Positions 47,669-57,063 of a stretch of DNA of 64,000 nucleotides are shown here, in pieces. The position numbers and the translations under genes were made by a program. This DNA comes from Candidatus Krumholzibacteriia bacterium (GTDB lineage Bacteria; Krumholzibacteriota; Krumholzibacteriia; JAJRXK01): contig JBGPIA010000016.1 in the NCBI GenBank assembly GCA_041484665.1, positions 32,001 to 96,000 of the forward strand, in the 5' to 3' direction. Each line of letters starts with the position of its first letter. Positions within the stretch are counted from its first letter, which is position 1. The notes below the pieces were generated by a model. That model was not told the DNA's origin. It made no database searches and saw only the letters and a list, made by a program, of their open reading frames with translations.

Positions 47669-50506
47669 TCACCCGGTCGGGCCGAAATAGCGGTCCAGCC
47701 ATGCCAACGTCTCTTTGATCAGCTCGGTGCGTGGAACCGAGTGTCCGCGCGGATACGTGAGGCGCCTCTTGTGCTCGGGCGGCGTGCCGAGCATGTCGAA
47801 CATGGGTCGCTGCGATGTCTCGGGTGGAAAGAAGAAATCGAGCTCGCCGTTGAGCATCAGCGTCGGCTGCGTCACGCGCGTGATGTAATTGATCTGGTCC
47901 GCCTCGGGAAGGGCGTGTTGGAAGGTCAATCCAGCGACGTACAGCACGACGACCTTGATGCGCCGCTCGACGGCGGGCAGGATCGCCCCCAGCGCGCCGC
48001 CCCAGCTCAGCCCGTAGTAGGCAATTCGTTGGACGTCGATGTCGTCGCGCCTCTCGAGGTAGTCGATCGAGCGGGCCAGGTCTTGGGCCCACATGATCAC
48101 GTGATCCTTGTAGAACGTCGTCTCGTCGGGAACGTCCGACCTCAGCTCGTCGGCGCGGTGGAACGTACCCTTGTAGACGGGCAGCATCAGGGCGCGGCCG
48201 CTCTTGAGCAGGAAGTCGATCCGACGCAGCTCCGCGGGCCCGACGGGGCCGCCGTGGATTGCCCCCGACCCCGGGAAGAGGACAACCACCTGGTACGGCG
48301 CCCGGCCAACCGGCGGCAGGAACAGGTAAGCGCTCATCCGTTCGCCACCGTAGGCGGCGGTAAAGTGGATCGTCTGCCGCAGCCCGAGCGGCCCCCGCTC
48401 CTGCGACTCCACGACGGCTTCGAGCGGCGTCTTGTCATAGCGGAACTGCCGCAGGAAAAAGGCGAAGATCTCGTCCGAGACCGGCGTCTCAGCACGGAAG
48501 TCGCGAAACGGCAGCTCGATCACTCGTGTGAGTCTGGCCAGATTCGGGTCTAGCTCGAGGGAGCGGATGCAGCGGAAGCCGTTCGTCTGCGATCGGTCGA
48601 ATGCCGGCTGCGCGTAGGCGTCGACGAAGGCGTACTCCGGATCGTCCCACCCACCGCCGAGGATGAAGCGCTCGCCGGGCCGATTGCTCTCGTTCCATGC
48701 CCACTCGCGGACGTTGCCGGCGAGATCGTGCACGCCGAAGCGATTCATGCTCCGGGTCGTCCCGACCGGCACAGGACTCCGACCGGAGAAGTTCGCGACG
48801 GGAACGATCTCGGCGCTGGCGACGGTGAACGCCACTCGGTTCCAGTGGAAGATCGTCGGGAGTTCCTTACGGGACCACGCCGCGTACGCGGCCGCCTCGA
48901 ACCAACTGACACCCGTGACGGGGAGATCGTCCTCGCCCGGCGGGTACTCGCCGAGCTCCCAGGTCGCCGGGCCGGGTCGGCCGATCGCGTCGGTGAAGCG
49001 GGCGATCGCCTCCTCCCAGGGAAGCACGCCGTCCCCCTCGTGGAACGTCTGCCGCCAGTACTCAGGCCTCTGGTAACCACCGGCGTCGACGAACAGCTTG
49101 TACTCGCGGTTCGTGACCGGATGACGGTCGATCAGGAACGCGGTCATGGGTTCGGTCTTCAGGTGGTCCAGTCCCGGCATGAAGAGCATGAACCCACCGC
49201 CTGGGACCCGCTCCATCTCGTCGGGGATTTCGCCTGGCTTGCAGAGCTCGAAACGCCACTTCGAGACGATGGGGTCCGCGGAGCCGGCCATCGCTGAATC
49301 CGCAAAGTTCCAGATTACGTCGTGTGCGGTGCGGTAGCCGGGCAGCTCGAGCTTCAGTCGCGCGAATCCGCGCGGAAAGCGCGCCGCCGAGAGCGGCGCA
49401 TGACCCATCAGCGTCCAGTCTCCATCGGAGTCTCCGTAATACTTCGCGAAGACTGCCGCGCCCTCCGGGTCGGACTCGATCGTGATCCCGTGCGTGAATT
49501 CCGGCCACAGGCGCTCGAGCAGCGGGTCGTCAGGAGCCAGCTTCTCGATCTCCCGCGCCAGCTTGAATGCCGCCCACGAGTCCGGTCCTTCGTCGAGGAA
49601 CTGGATCCGGTCGACGATGCGATCCAACTCAGGGAGCGCTTCGCTGCGGGCCCAGCCGCGCAGTGCCGTCAGCTCGCCGCTCAGCTCCGCGGCGCTCGCG
49701 TAGCGTTGCGCAGGATCCTTTTCGAGGCAGCGGTGGATGATCCGCTCGAGCGAGCGGGGGACTGAAGCGGTCAGGTGGCCGACCGACCGCGGCGCGTCAC
49801 GCAGGATCGAGCTCAGGATCGAGACCCTGTCGCCCCCCTGGAACGGGTGCCGTCCCGTCGCCATCTCGTACAGCACGCAGCCGAGCGCGAACAGGTCCGT
49901 GCGAGCGTCGACCTCCGTGCCCGCCAGCTGCTCCGGCGCCATGTAGTGGAGGGTCCCGACGATCGCTCCCTCCTCCGTCAGCGGCAGCGCGACCGTCGGC
50001 GCGATGCCCAGCGCCCCCCCGGGAACACCCATCTCCGCAGGCCGTGCGAGGCCGAAGTCCAGCAGCTTCACCCCGGACTTCGTGAGCATGATGTTCCCGG
50101 GCTTGAGATCGCGGTGCACCACGCCCGCATGATGCGCCTTGCCCAACGCATCGGCGATCTGCACTCCGACCGTCAGCAGCTCGGCGATCGGCAGCGGTCC
50201 CTTCTCCAGCCGCGCGACCAGCGTCTCCCCTTCGATCAGCTCCATCACGATGTAGTCGGTACCGCCCTCGCGCCCCACATCGTGGACCGTGCAGATGTGC
50301 GGGTGGTTGAGCTGCGAGATCATCCGGGCCTCGCGCTCGAAACGGGCCCGGACCTCCGGTGTCGAGGATCGGTGCTGGGGCAGCACCTTGATTGCCACGT
50401 CGCGGCCGAGGCGCGCGTCGTGAGCACGATAGACCTCGCCCATGCCGCCCGCACCGAGCGGGGCGATGATCTTGTACGGACCGAGCGACGTGCCGGCGGC
50501 CAGCAT
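47669..50506 (-). CDS. Ser/Thr kinase fused to an FGE-sulfatase (SUMF1-like) domain and an alpha/beta hydrolase
   Basis: Complete kinase (GAGGMGEVY, HRDLKPGN, DFGLA, YMAPEQ); HPVTN..PVTGVSW..DLAGNVREW..NGFRC; hydrolase GLSWGG..GELD..GHS. Confidence 0.92.
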   Translation of the reverse strand: MLAAGTSLGPYKIIAPLGAGGMGEVYRAHDARLGRDVAIKVLPQHRSSTPEVRARFEREARMISQLNHPHICTVHDVGREGGTDYIVMELIEGETLVARLEKGPLPIAELLTVGVQIADALGKAHHAGVVHRDLKPGNIMLTKSGVKLLDFGLARPAEMGVPGGALGIAPTVALPLTEEGAIVGTLHYMAPEQLAGTEVDARTDLFALGCVLYEMATGRHPFQGGDRVSILSSILRDAPRSVGHLTASVPRSLERIIHRCLEKDPAQRYASAAELSGELTALRGWARSEALPELDRIVDRIQFLDEGPDSWAAFKLAREIEKLAPDDPLLERLWPEFTHGITIESDPEGAAVFAKYYGDSDGDWTLMGHAPLSAARFPRGFARLKLELPGYRTAHDVIWNFADSAMAGSADPIVSKWRFELCKPGEIPDEMERVPGGGFMLFMPGLDHLKTEPMTAFLIDRHPVTNREYKLFVDAGGYQRPEYWRQTFHEGDGVLPWEEAIARFTDAIGRPGPATWELGEYPPGEDDLPVTGVSWFEAAAYAAWSRKELPTIFHWNRVAFTVASAEIVPVANFSGRSPVPVGTTRSMNRFGVHDLAGNVREWAWNESNRPGERFILGGGWDDPEYAFVDAYAQPAFDRSQTNGFRCIRSLELDPNLARLTRVIELPFRDFRAETPVSDEIFAFFLRQFRYDKTPLEAVVESQERGPLGLRQTIHFTAAYGGERMSAYLFLPPVGRAPYQVVVLFPGSGAIHGGPVGPAELRRIDFLLKSGRALMLPVYKGTFHRADELRSDVPDETTFYKDHVIMWAQDLARSIDYLERRDDIDVQRIAYYGLSWGGALGAILPAVERRIKVVVLYVAGLTFQHALPEADQINYITRVTQPTLMLNGELDFFFPPETSQRPMFDMLGTPPEHKRRLTYPRGHSVPRTELIKETLAWLDRYFGPTG

Positions 50507-50564
50507 GCGGTCACTCTCCCCGGGGCGCGGCCCGACACGGAAATCGCCAACGGAACCTCGCTTC

Positions 50565-50592
50565 AGACTACAGGTCCCCGCGATCGGGTCAA
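50565..50592 (-). promoter_or_regulatory. Candidate sigma70 promoter TTGACC-N16-TAGTCT for the kinase fusion gene
   Basis: Near-consensus boxes about 60 nt upstream of ATG 50506. Confidence 0.4.
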
Positions 50593-50846
50593 GAGCGCCG
50601 GCCATGTGCTACTGCATGGCTGCAGAGTTGTTCCGGATTTGTGGGCGACCGGGCGCAGCGCCGCGCGGTGGACCGAACGGGCCAAACGCGGTGGCTGCGG
50701 CAGGTGATCGGCGTGGCGTGGAACGTCGACAGCGTAGAGGTATTGCGTGCGTGGAGTAGAATGGAGGAGTTCGGCGGGGCAGAGCCGCAGCCGCCGGGAG
50801 GAACGGCGCTGCCTGCGTCGGGAGCGCGCGGTCACCGGGCGCGGCC

Positions 50847-50891
50847 GATTGCGGAGCGGGCGATCGCGGGGCGGGTGATCGCGGAGCGGGT
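50847..50891 (+). repeat. Three 15-bp imperfect tandem repeats, intergenic
   Basis: gattgcggagcgggc / gatcgcggggcgggt / gatcgcggagcgggt. Confidence 0.7.
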
Positions 50892-51055
50892 GGCGGGGAC
50901 GCCGGGGTCACCGGCCCTCAGCCAAAGGACGGACGATCGTGGGCGCACGGAGAATCCTCACGACCGGCGGATCGCGCCCAGTCCGGCCGGCCGGCGCCGG
51001 TCGCGCGACCCGCGGGGCCCTCGCGATGCGCGGCAGCCACCAGCCCCGCGCTCGG

Positions 51056-52144
51056 ATGGCGGACGACACCCTGGCGTGGCTGCTGGCGGGCGATCCGGCC
51101 ATCCGCTGGCAGGCACTGCGCGATTTGGGCGATGCGTCGGCGGCGACGGTGGAGCGCCAACGGCGGAAGGTGGCGGCGCAGGGCTGGGGCGCGAGGCTGC
51201 TCGAGCGCCAGGACCGCGAGGGCACCTGGGGCGGCGGGCTGTACACCCCGAAGTGGATCTCGACGACCTACACGATGCTGACCCTGCGCGATCTGGGCCT
51301 GCCGCCCGGAAACCGGCTGGCGCTGCGAGCGTGCGAGTTGCTGCTGGATCAGGGCATACGCCGCGACGGCGGCATCAACTATGGAGCGTGGGGCAATCGC
51401 GGCGAGACCTGCGTGACCGGGATGGTGCTCTCGATCCTCTGTCATTTCGAGTACGGCGGGCGAGGCGGAAAGGAGGGCGCCAGGACGCATGGTGGGCGAA
51501 GCGGGAAGGATCGGCGCGCCGGGCGCGAGGCGGACGTCGGGCAGCGCCTCGACACCATCGCCGCCCACCTACTCGAGCGGCAGATGCCAGACGGAGGGTG
51601 GAACTGCCAGCGGCCGTACGGCGCCACGCACGCCTCGGTGCACACCACCATCTCGGTGCTGGAGGGACTGCGGCTGTACGAGCTGCACCGGGGCCGCGCG
51701 GTCGGCGCAGAGCGGTCGGTCCCGACGGTCCAGGCGGTGCCTGCGGTCCAGGCGGTGCCTGCGGCCCGGGCGCTCCGCGCGGTCCGCGCGGCGCAACGCC
51801 GCGGCCGCGAGTTCCTGCTGGCCCATCGGCTGTTCCGCTCGCACCGCACGGGCGAGGTCATCCATCCGGTCCTGCTGCGACTGGCCTTCCCGCCGCGCTG
51901 GCACTACGACATCCTGCGCGCGCTGGACTTCTTCCAGGCTGTCGAAGCGCCGCGGGACGAGCGGCTGGCGGAGGCCATCGAGGTGCTGCGCCGGAAGCGC
52001 CGGCCGGATGGGCGGTGGAATCTGGAACATCGGTTCAGGGGGCGGGCGTTTTTCGAGATGGAGCGCCTCGGGCAGCCTTCGCGATGGAATACGCTGCGGG
52101 CACTCCGGGTGCTGCGGTGGTGGGACCGCGATGGGCGGGGGTGA
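51056..52144 (+). CDS. Prenyltransferase/squalene-cyclase repeat-like conserved protein
   Basis: WLLAGDPAIRWQ..LLERQDREGTWG..YTPKWIST..ETCVTG..QMPDGGWNC..SVHTT..FPPRWHYDILRAL..PSRWNTLRALRVL. The start may be at 51026. Confidence 0.8.
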   Translation: MADDTLAWLLAGDPAIRWQALRDLGDASAATVERQRRKVAAQGWGARLLERQDREGTWGGGLYTPKWISTTYTMLTLRDLGLPPGNRLALRACELLLDQGIRRDGGINYGAWGNRGETCVTGMVLSILCHFEYGGRGGKEGARTHGGRSGKDRRAGREADVGQRLDTIAAHLLERQMPDGGWNCQRPYGATHASVHTTISVLEGLRLYELHRGRAVGAERSVPTVQAVPAVQAVPAARALRAVRAAQRRGREFLLAHRLFRSHRTGEVIHPVLLRLAFPPRWHYDILRALDFFQAVEAPRDERLAEAIEVLRRKRRPDGRWNLEHRFRGRAFFEMERLGQPSRWNTLRALRVLRWWDRDGRG

Positions 52145-52246
52145 CGGCGTGACGGAGCGTCCACCAGCCCGTCGCCACCGCCGGGTGATGGCCATGCCCA
52201 CTGCCAAGCCGATCGAGCGGATGCACCCGACGGGGCCGCGCTTGCT

Positions 52247-53485
52247 CTACGCCGCGGCCAGACGGTTTACCATCCGGCGCGTACCCTCGGCGAACGTCGC
52301 CGGCTCCGTGAGCAGGCTCAGCACGAGGTGGCCCTCGTCGGGGAAGTCGAAGAAGTAGCCTGGCTGCAGCAGCACGTCGTCCCTCTGTAGCAGCTGCAGC
52401 GCCCACTCCTCGTCGGTGGGCGCGCGCGGGATGTCCAGCACCGCATACCATCCACCCTCGCGCTCGAGCGCGCGACAGGATGGCGCGCGCGCCAGATCCG
52501 ACCGCAGCCGCCGTTCGTTGGCCTCCACGCGCGCAACGATGCGCTCTTGCATGGTGGGCTGCAGCGCGATCAAGCGCGGCAGTGCGTGCTGCCCGGGCGT
52601 GCTGACCGACAGGAACGTATCGGCGATCCAGTCCAGCCCCTCCTGCGCGCGGGCGCGCAGCGCGGGCGGGCCACTCACGTGGATCCAGCCCAGCTTCACC
52701 TGGGGCAACCCGACCACCTTGGAGAGCCCGCTCAGCACGAAGGTGAGCCCGGCGTCACGGGTGACGAGGCTGGGTACGAGGGCCGGCACGGCCCCCGCCG
52801 CCGCGCGGCGTGCCTCGACCCCGGATGCGGCTTGCGTGCCGGCCACGCCCGCAGCGGCAGCGTAGTCCCCGAACACCTCATCGGCGATCAGCGCGATCTC
52901 ACGCTCGCCACACAGACGGTCCAGGCTTGCCAGCTCGTCGCTCTTGAGAAACGAGCCCGTCGGATTGTTGGGATTCACGAGGACGACGGCCCGCGTTCGC
53001 GCGGTGACGGCGCGCAGCAGCCCGTCCACGTCGATCCCCCATCCACGCCCGCGCTCGTAGTGCAGGGGATAGGGCTGGAGCGCCACGCACTCCACGGCAG
53101 CCAGGAGGTCCAGCAAGGGGTAGCTCGGCCGCGGAACCAGCACCGCATCGTCCGGATCGCAGAGCAGCTTGAAGAGGTACGAGTACGCCTCGCTGGTGCT
53201 GGCCGTCAGGTGCACCGCCGCCGGGTCGGCCGCCAGTCCACGAGCGCGGTAGTAGCCAGCGACCGCTTCCCGCGCCGCCGCCAGCCCCCGCGGCTGTGGC
53301 TCGTAGACGAGGGCCGCAGGCAGCGCGAGCGCTCCCAGGATGGCATCACGATCGTACTGCAGCCCTGCTTGCGTGGGGTTCGATTCGCTGAGGTCCAGAA
53401 CACGCACGCCGGCCGCACGCTTGGCCGCCAATAGCTCGGTCAAGCGATTGGGAGACGGGCCCCACGGAAAACGCTTCGAGAACAT
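52247..53485 (-). CDS. PLP-dependent aminotransferase, class I/II
   Basis: DLSESNPT, TASTSEAY, PSYP, NPNNPTG, DEVFGDY, SGLSKVVGLPQVKLGW, PGYFFDF. Confidence 0.92.
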   Translation of the reverse strand: MFSKRFPWGPSPNRLTELLAAKRAAGVRVLDLSESNPTQAGLQYDRDAILGALALPAALVYEPQPRGLAAAREAVAGYYRARGLAADPAAVHLTASTSEAYSYLFKLLCDPDDAVLVPRPSYPLLDLLAAVECVALQPYPLHYERGRGWGIDVDGLLRAVTARTRAVVLVNPNNPTGSFLKSDELASLDRLCGEREIALIADEVFGDYAAAAGVAGTQAASGVEARRAAAGAVPALVPSLVTRDAGLTFVLSGLSKVVGLPQVKLGWIHVSGPPALRARAQEGLDWIADTFLSVSTPGQHALPRLIALQPTMQERIVARVEANERRLRSDLARAPSCRALEREGGWYAVLDIPRAPTDEEWALQLLQRDDVLLQPGYFFDFPDEGHLVLSLLTEPATFAEGTRRMVNRLAAA

Positions 53486-53575
53486 GTGGGCACTGACCTC
53501 GATCGTGCGACGGGTGCGGGCGCCGGGCGCCGGATTGCTGCAGCCACGGCCACCAGCGTTGCGATCGCAGCGCGC

Positions 53576-53620
53576 GGGGCCGCCGCGCTCTGGGCCGCCG
53601 CGCTCCGGCTCGCCGCGCTC
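53576..53620 (+). repeat. Three 15-bp imperfect tandem repeats, intergenic
   Basis: ggggccgccgcgctc / tgggccgccgcgctc / cggctcgccgcgctc. Confidence 0.65.
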
Positions 53621-53648
53621 ACGAGATCCGCACGCGCGGTCGCAACGC

Positions 53649-56510
53649 CTACAGCAGGAGCTCCATCGGCCGGTCGGCGACGCCCTGCTGTGCTTTCACG
53701 CCCAGCTTCTGCACCAGCCATTCCGGCGACCGGCGCCCGGCGAGCAGCTCGCCGTAGGCGCCCAGGACTGCGGCGGCCTCCGCTTGCGACTCGCGCACGA
53801 ACTCCACCCGGAAGCGCCGTACGCCGCGCGCCAGCAGACGCGGCACCAGCGCCGCAGCGCTCTGCACCTCAGAGTTGAACACCGTGTTGCGACAACCGAC
53901 ATCCACGATCACTGGATGCGTCCGCTGCAGGTGATCGCGCAGGCCGATCTGGTGCTGCTCGCAGGGCCTGCCGCAGGTGCGGTAGTCCCTGCCGTTGCTC
54001 AGCAGATGCGAATAGACACAATGCTCTGTATGGAACGTGGGGATGCGATGGTGCACGACCACGGTGAAGCGGTCCGCCGGTGCCTGGTCCAGCAGCGCGA
54101 TGAGCTGGCTCTCGTCGAGATCGTGGGACGCGGTCAAGGTGTGCAGGCCACGCTCCAGGAGATACGTCGCGGTGATCGAGTTGGTGACATTGAGCGAGAA
54201 GTCGCCATGGACTCCAAAGCGCTCGCGCTCGGCGGCGTGGCGCGCAAACCACACGACCGCGCCCCAGTGGCGCACCAGCACGCCATCGGGCTCCAGGCGC
54301 GCGATGCGGGTGTCGAAGCTCTCCTCGCCAGGTTTCTGCACGCGCAGCGTCGCCACCGTCACGCGCAGACCGGCCTGCCGCGCGCGCTCGACGGCAGTCG
54401 CCAGACCGACCATCTCCATCCAATCGAGCTCGACCTCCGCCAGTCCGGCGGCGATCACCGCCTCGAGCTGCTGCTCCGTGCGGCACAGCGGCAGCAGCAG
54501 CGGCGCGACAGCAGGCCACCCAGCGGGGGCAACCTCGGCCCGCGCGCCCAGGGCGGCGGTGGCGTCCGCGTGCGGCTCGGAGACCGGTGGCGCGTCCGGG
54601 GCCACCGGGAGCGACACAACGACGGCAGTGCTGGCGCGCACCCCCGCACGAGCGCCCGCGGCCGCGCCCGAGTCCGCCGGTCCGCGCTCGATGGCCGCCG
54701 TCAGCTCCTGCACCAGCTCGCGCCGCGCGCCCTTCAGCTCCGAGACGGGCACGTGGAGGTACGGGGCCAGACGCGAGGCGTCGATCTCCTGCAGCCCAAA
54801 GGGCGTCCCGCCGAGCGCTCCGAGCTTGTCTCGGAGCAGCTCCACGGTGAGCCCCTGCTGCTGCGCCGGCTCGGCGGGCGTGTGGGTCTGCACGGACGCG
54901 CTGTGGCCGGCCGCGTGCGCCGTGATGCGCAGGGGCGCTCCGCTGCGGCCCTCGACTGTAAGCGACAGCGCAATGCGCCCCGTGGGCTCGCCCGTCTCGA
55001 TCAGCTGCTGGGTCGCGCGCGCCAGCGCCGGATCGCTGGTGACCCACACGCGCTGGCCGGGGCGCACCCGCCGCAGATCGGGCCCCGGGCGGCCGAAGCC
55101 CAGCACCCAGCGCTCGCCGTCGCGGCCGACGCGGAAGATCGGCCCGCCCGGCTCGTCCTTCTCCTGCGGCCGGCCGTCGTCGAACACCACGCCCATCCCC
55201 GCGCGCACGTCGAGGCGCGTGGGCAGCGGGTCGCTCGCGGCGTGGCGTGCCGCGTCGCGCATGGTGTCGCGCGCCGCGTCCCGTGCGGCATTGCCTGCAC
55301 CGCCCCTCGGGCCGCCACGCGCGCCACCCAGCGCGGGTAATGGCGACATTGGCTCGCCCTGCGGACCGGCCGCCCGCACCGCAGGCTGCCGCGCCGGCTC
55401 GACCCCCAGGCCGCCGGTCCAGGGCCGGCCGGCGGGATCGGGCTCGACGATCACTCCGTCACCGGACACACGCGCGACCACACCCAGGTAGACGCCGCGA
55501 TGCTTGGGGAATCGCCCCTCGACCAACGTCTGGTGATCCGAGCCACCCAGGAACCCGTCGCCGAATCCGCGCGAGTACGAGACGGCCATATCGAGCAGGT
55601 CGCGGTTGAGCTGCTGCTGCGCCTGCGCGTCGCGCGTGTGGCCGCTCGCGATGGCGTCGACCCAGCGCTTGTAGCCCGCCGTGGCGGTGGCCACGTACTG
55701 CGCGCCCTTCTGGCGGCCCTCGATCTTGAGCCCGTGCACGCCGAGCTCCACCAGCTCCGGCACCGCGCGCAGCCCGGCGAGGTCCTTGGGGCTGAGCAGG
55801 TACTTGACATCACCCAGCGGACGGATCTCGCCGTCGACGATCAGGTCGTAGGGCATGCGGCAGCTCTGCGCGCACTGGCCGCGATTCGCCGAGCGCCCGC
55901 CCCACGCCTCGCTGGTGAGGCATTGCCCGCTCCACGCCACACACAGCGCTCCGTGCACGAAGACCTCAACCTCGAGGTCGGTGCCGGCCATGAAACGCCG
56001 GATCTCGTCCACCGAAAGCTCGCGCGGCAGCACCACGCGCGACGCCCCCAGCTCACGGGCGAACGCCGCGGCGTCGGGGCTGCTGATCGTCATCTGCGTG
56101 CTGGCGTGGATCGTCAGCGCCGGGGCGACGGCGCGGGCGATGAGCGCGACGGCGGGATCCTGCACGAGCAGCGCGTCCACACCCGCTTGCGCGGCGCGGC
56201 GGACGACGCGCCGCACCGCCGCGAGCTCGGGCTCGAAGATAAGCGTGTTGAGGGCGAGGTAGGCCCGGGCTCCGGCGCGGTGGATCTGCGCGACGGTCTC
56301 GGGAAGGTTCTCCAGCGCGAAGTTGCCAGCCCGCGCCCGCGCGTTGAACCCCTCCTGCAGCCCGAAGTAGACTGCGTCGGCGCCGGCGTGGAGCGCGGCG
56401 CTCAGGCAGTCGGCATCGCCGGCGGGGGCGAGGATCTCCGGGCGGCGTGCGCCCGGGCGCCCCGGGCCGCCCGGCGCAGGGCCGCGATGGGTGGGGTTTC
56501 TGCGGGACAT
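53649..56510 (-). CDS. Peptidase U32-family Fe-S protein with DUF3656 (RlhA-like RNA hydroxylase)
   Basis: PEILAPAG, GADAVYFG, HASTQMT, HGALCVAWSGQCLTS..NRGQCAQSCR, LKIEGR, KLGALGGTPF, HTEHC..CGRPCE..GCRNTVFN. Confidence 0.9.
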   Translation of the reverse strand: MSRRNPTHRGPAPGGPGRPGARRPEILAPAGDADCLSAALHAGADAVYFGLQEGFNARARAGNFALENLPETVAQIHRAGARAYLALNTLIFEPELAAVRRVVRRAAQAGVDALLVQDPAVALIARAVAPALTIHASTQMTISSPDAAAFARELGASRVVLPRELSVDEIRRFMAGTDLEVEVFVHGALCVAWSGQCLTSEAWGGRSANRGQCAQSCRMPYDLIVDGEIRPLGDVKYLLSPKDLAGLRAVPELVELGVHGLKIEGRQKGAQYVATATAGYKRWVDAIASGHTRDAQAQQQLNRDLLDMAVSYSRGFGDGFLGGSDHQTLVEGRFPKHRGVYLGVVARVSGDGVIVEPDPAGRPWTGGLGVEPARQPAVRAAGPQGEPMSPLPALGGARGGPRGGAGNAARDAARDTMRDAARHAASDPLPTRLDVRAGMGVVFDDGRPQEKDEPGGPIFRVGRDGERWVLGFGRPGPDLRRVRPGQRVWVTSDPALARATQQLIETGEPTGRIALSLTVEGRSGAPLRITAHAAGHSASVQTHTPAEPAQQQGLTVELLRDKLGALGGTPFGLQEIDASRLAPYLHVPVSELKGARRELVQELTAAIERGPADSGAAAGARAGVRASTAVVVSLPVAPDAPPVSEPHADATAALGARAEVAPAGWPAVAPLLLPLCRTEQQLEAVIAAGLAEVELDWMEMVGLATAVERARQAGLRVTVATLRVQKPGEESFDTRIARLEPDGVLVRHWGAVVWFARHAAERERFGVHGDFSLNVTNSITATYLLERGLHTLTASHDLDESQLIALLDQAPADRFTVVVHHRIPTFHTEHCVYSHLLSNGRDYRTCGRPCEQHQIGLRDHLQRTHPVIVDVGCRNTVFNSEVQSAAALVPRLLARGVRRFRVEFVRESQAEAAAVLGAYGELLAGRRSPEWLVQKLGVKAQQGVADRPMELLL

Positions 56511-57015
56511 GGTCAAGAGTATACGCAAGCGCAGCAGGGCCCGACAGGAAACCGGACGGCGCTCGTCCCGGCGAGGGCCTGGGCATTCGTCCCACGGCAC
56601 GTCCGCGCCCGAGGGCTCTTCCCCGCTGCAGAGCGGCCGCGGTCGCGGCCACGAGCCGCAGCCCACCCGCAAGCCGGCGCGCGCCGCCTCGCCGCTCTAC
56701 CGCGCGATCTGGAACGTGGTGTCCCGCATCCCGCGTGGACGCGTGGCGACCTACGGGCAGATCGCGCGGCTGGCGGGCCTGGGGGCCCATGCGCGGCTGG
56801 TGGGCTATGCGCTGCATGCGGCGCCGCGCGGATTGGGACTGCCGTGGCACCGCGTGATCAATGCCCGCGGGTGCATCTCGCTGCCGCGGCACGACGGAGG
56901 CTACGACCTGCAGCGCTCGCTGCTCGAGTCCGAGAAGGTCATCTTCGCGGGCGATGCGGTCGACCTGGTCCGCTACGGCTGGAGACCCGCGGGAGGCCAC
57001 CGGCGCCGGTCTTGA
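56509..57015 (+). CDS. Alkyltransferase-like (ATL/YbaZ-type) MGMT-family protein; start uncertain
   Basis: IPRGRVATYGQIARLAG..ARLVGYAL..LPWHRVINA. Trp replaces the catalytic Cys of PCHRV. Confidence 0.88.
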   Translation: MVKSIRKRSRARQETGRRSSRRGPGHSSHGTSAPEGSSPLQSGRGRGHEPQPTRKPARAASPLYRAIWNVVSRIPRGRVATYGQIARLAGLGAHARLVGYALHAAPRGLGLPWHRVINARGCISLPRHDGGYDLQRSLLESEKVIFAGDAVDLVRYGWRPAGGHRRRS

Positions 57016-57063
57016 CGCCGCCCGCCAGGAGTGTGACCGTCGAGCCGTCCCGGAAGGGCGCCC

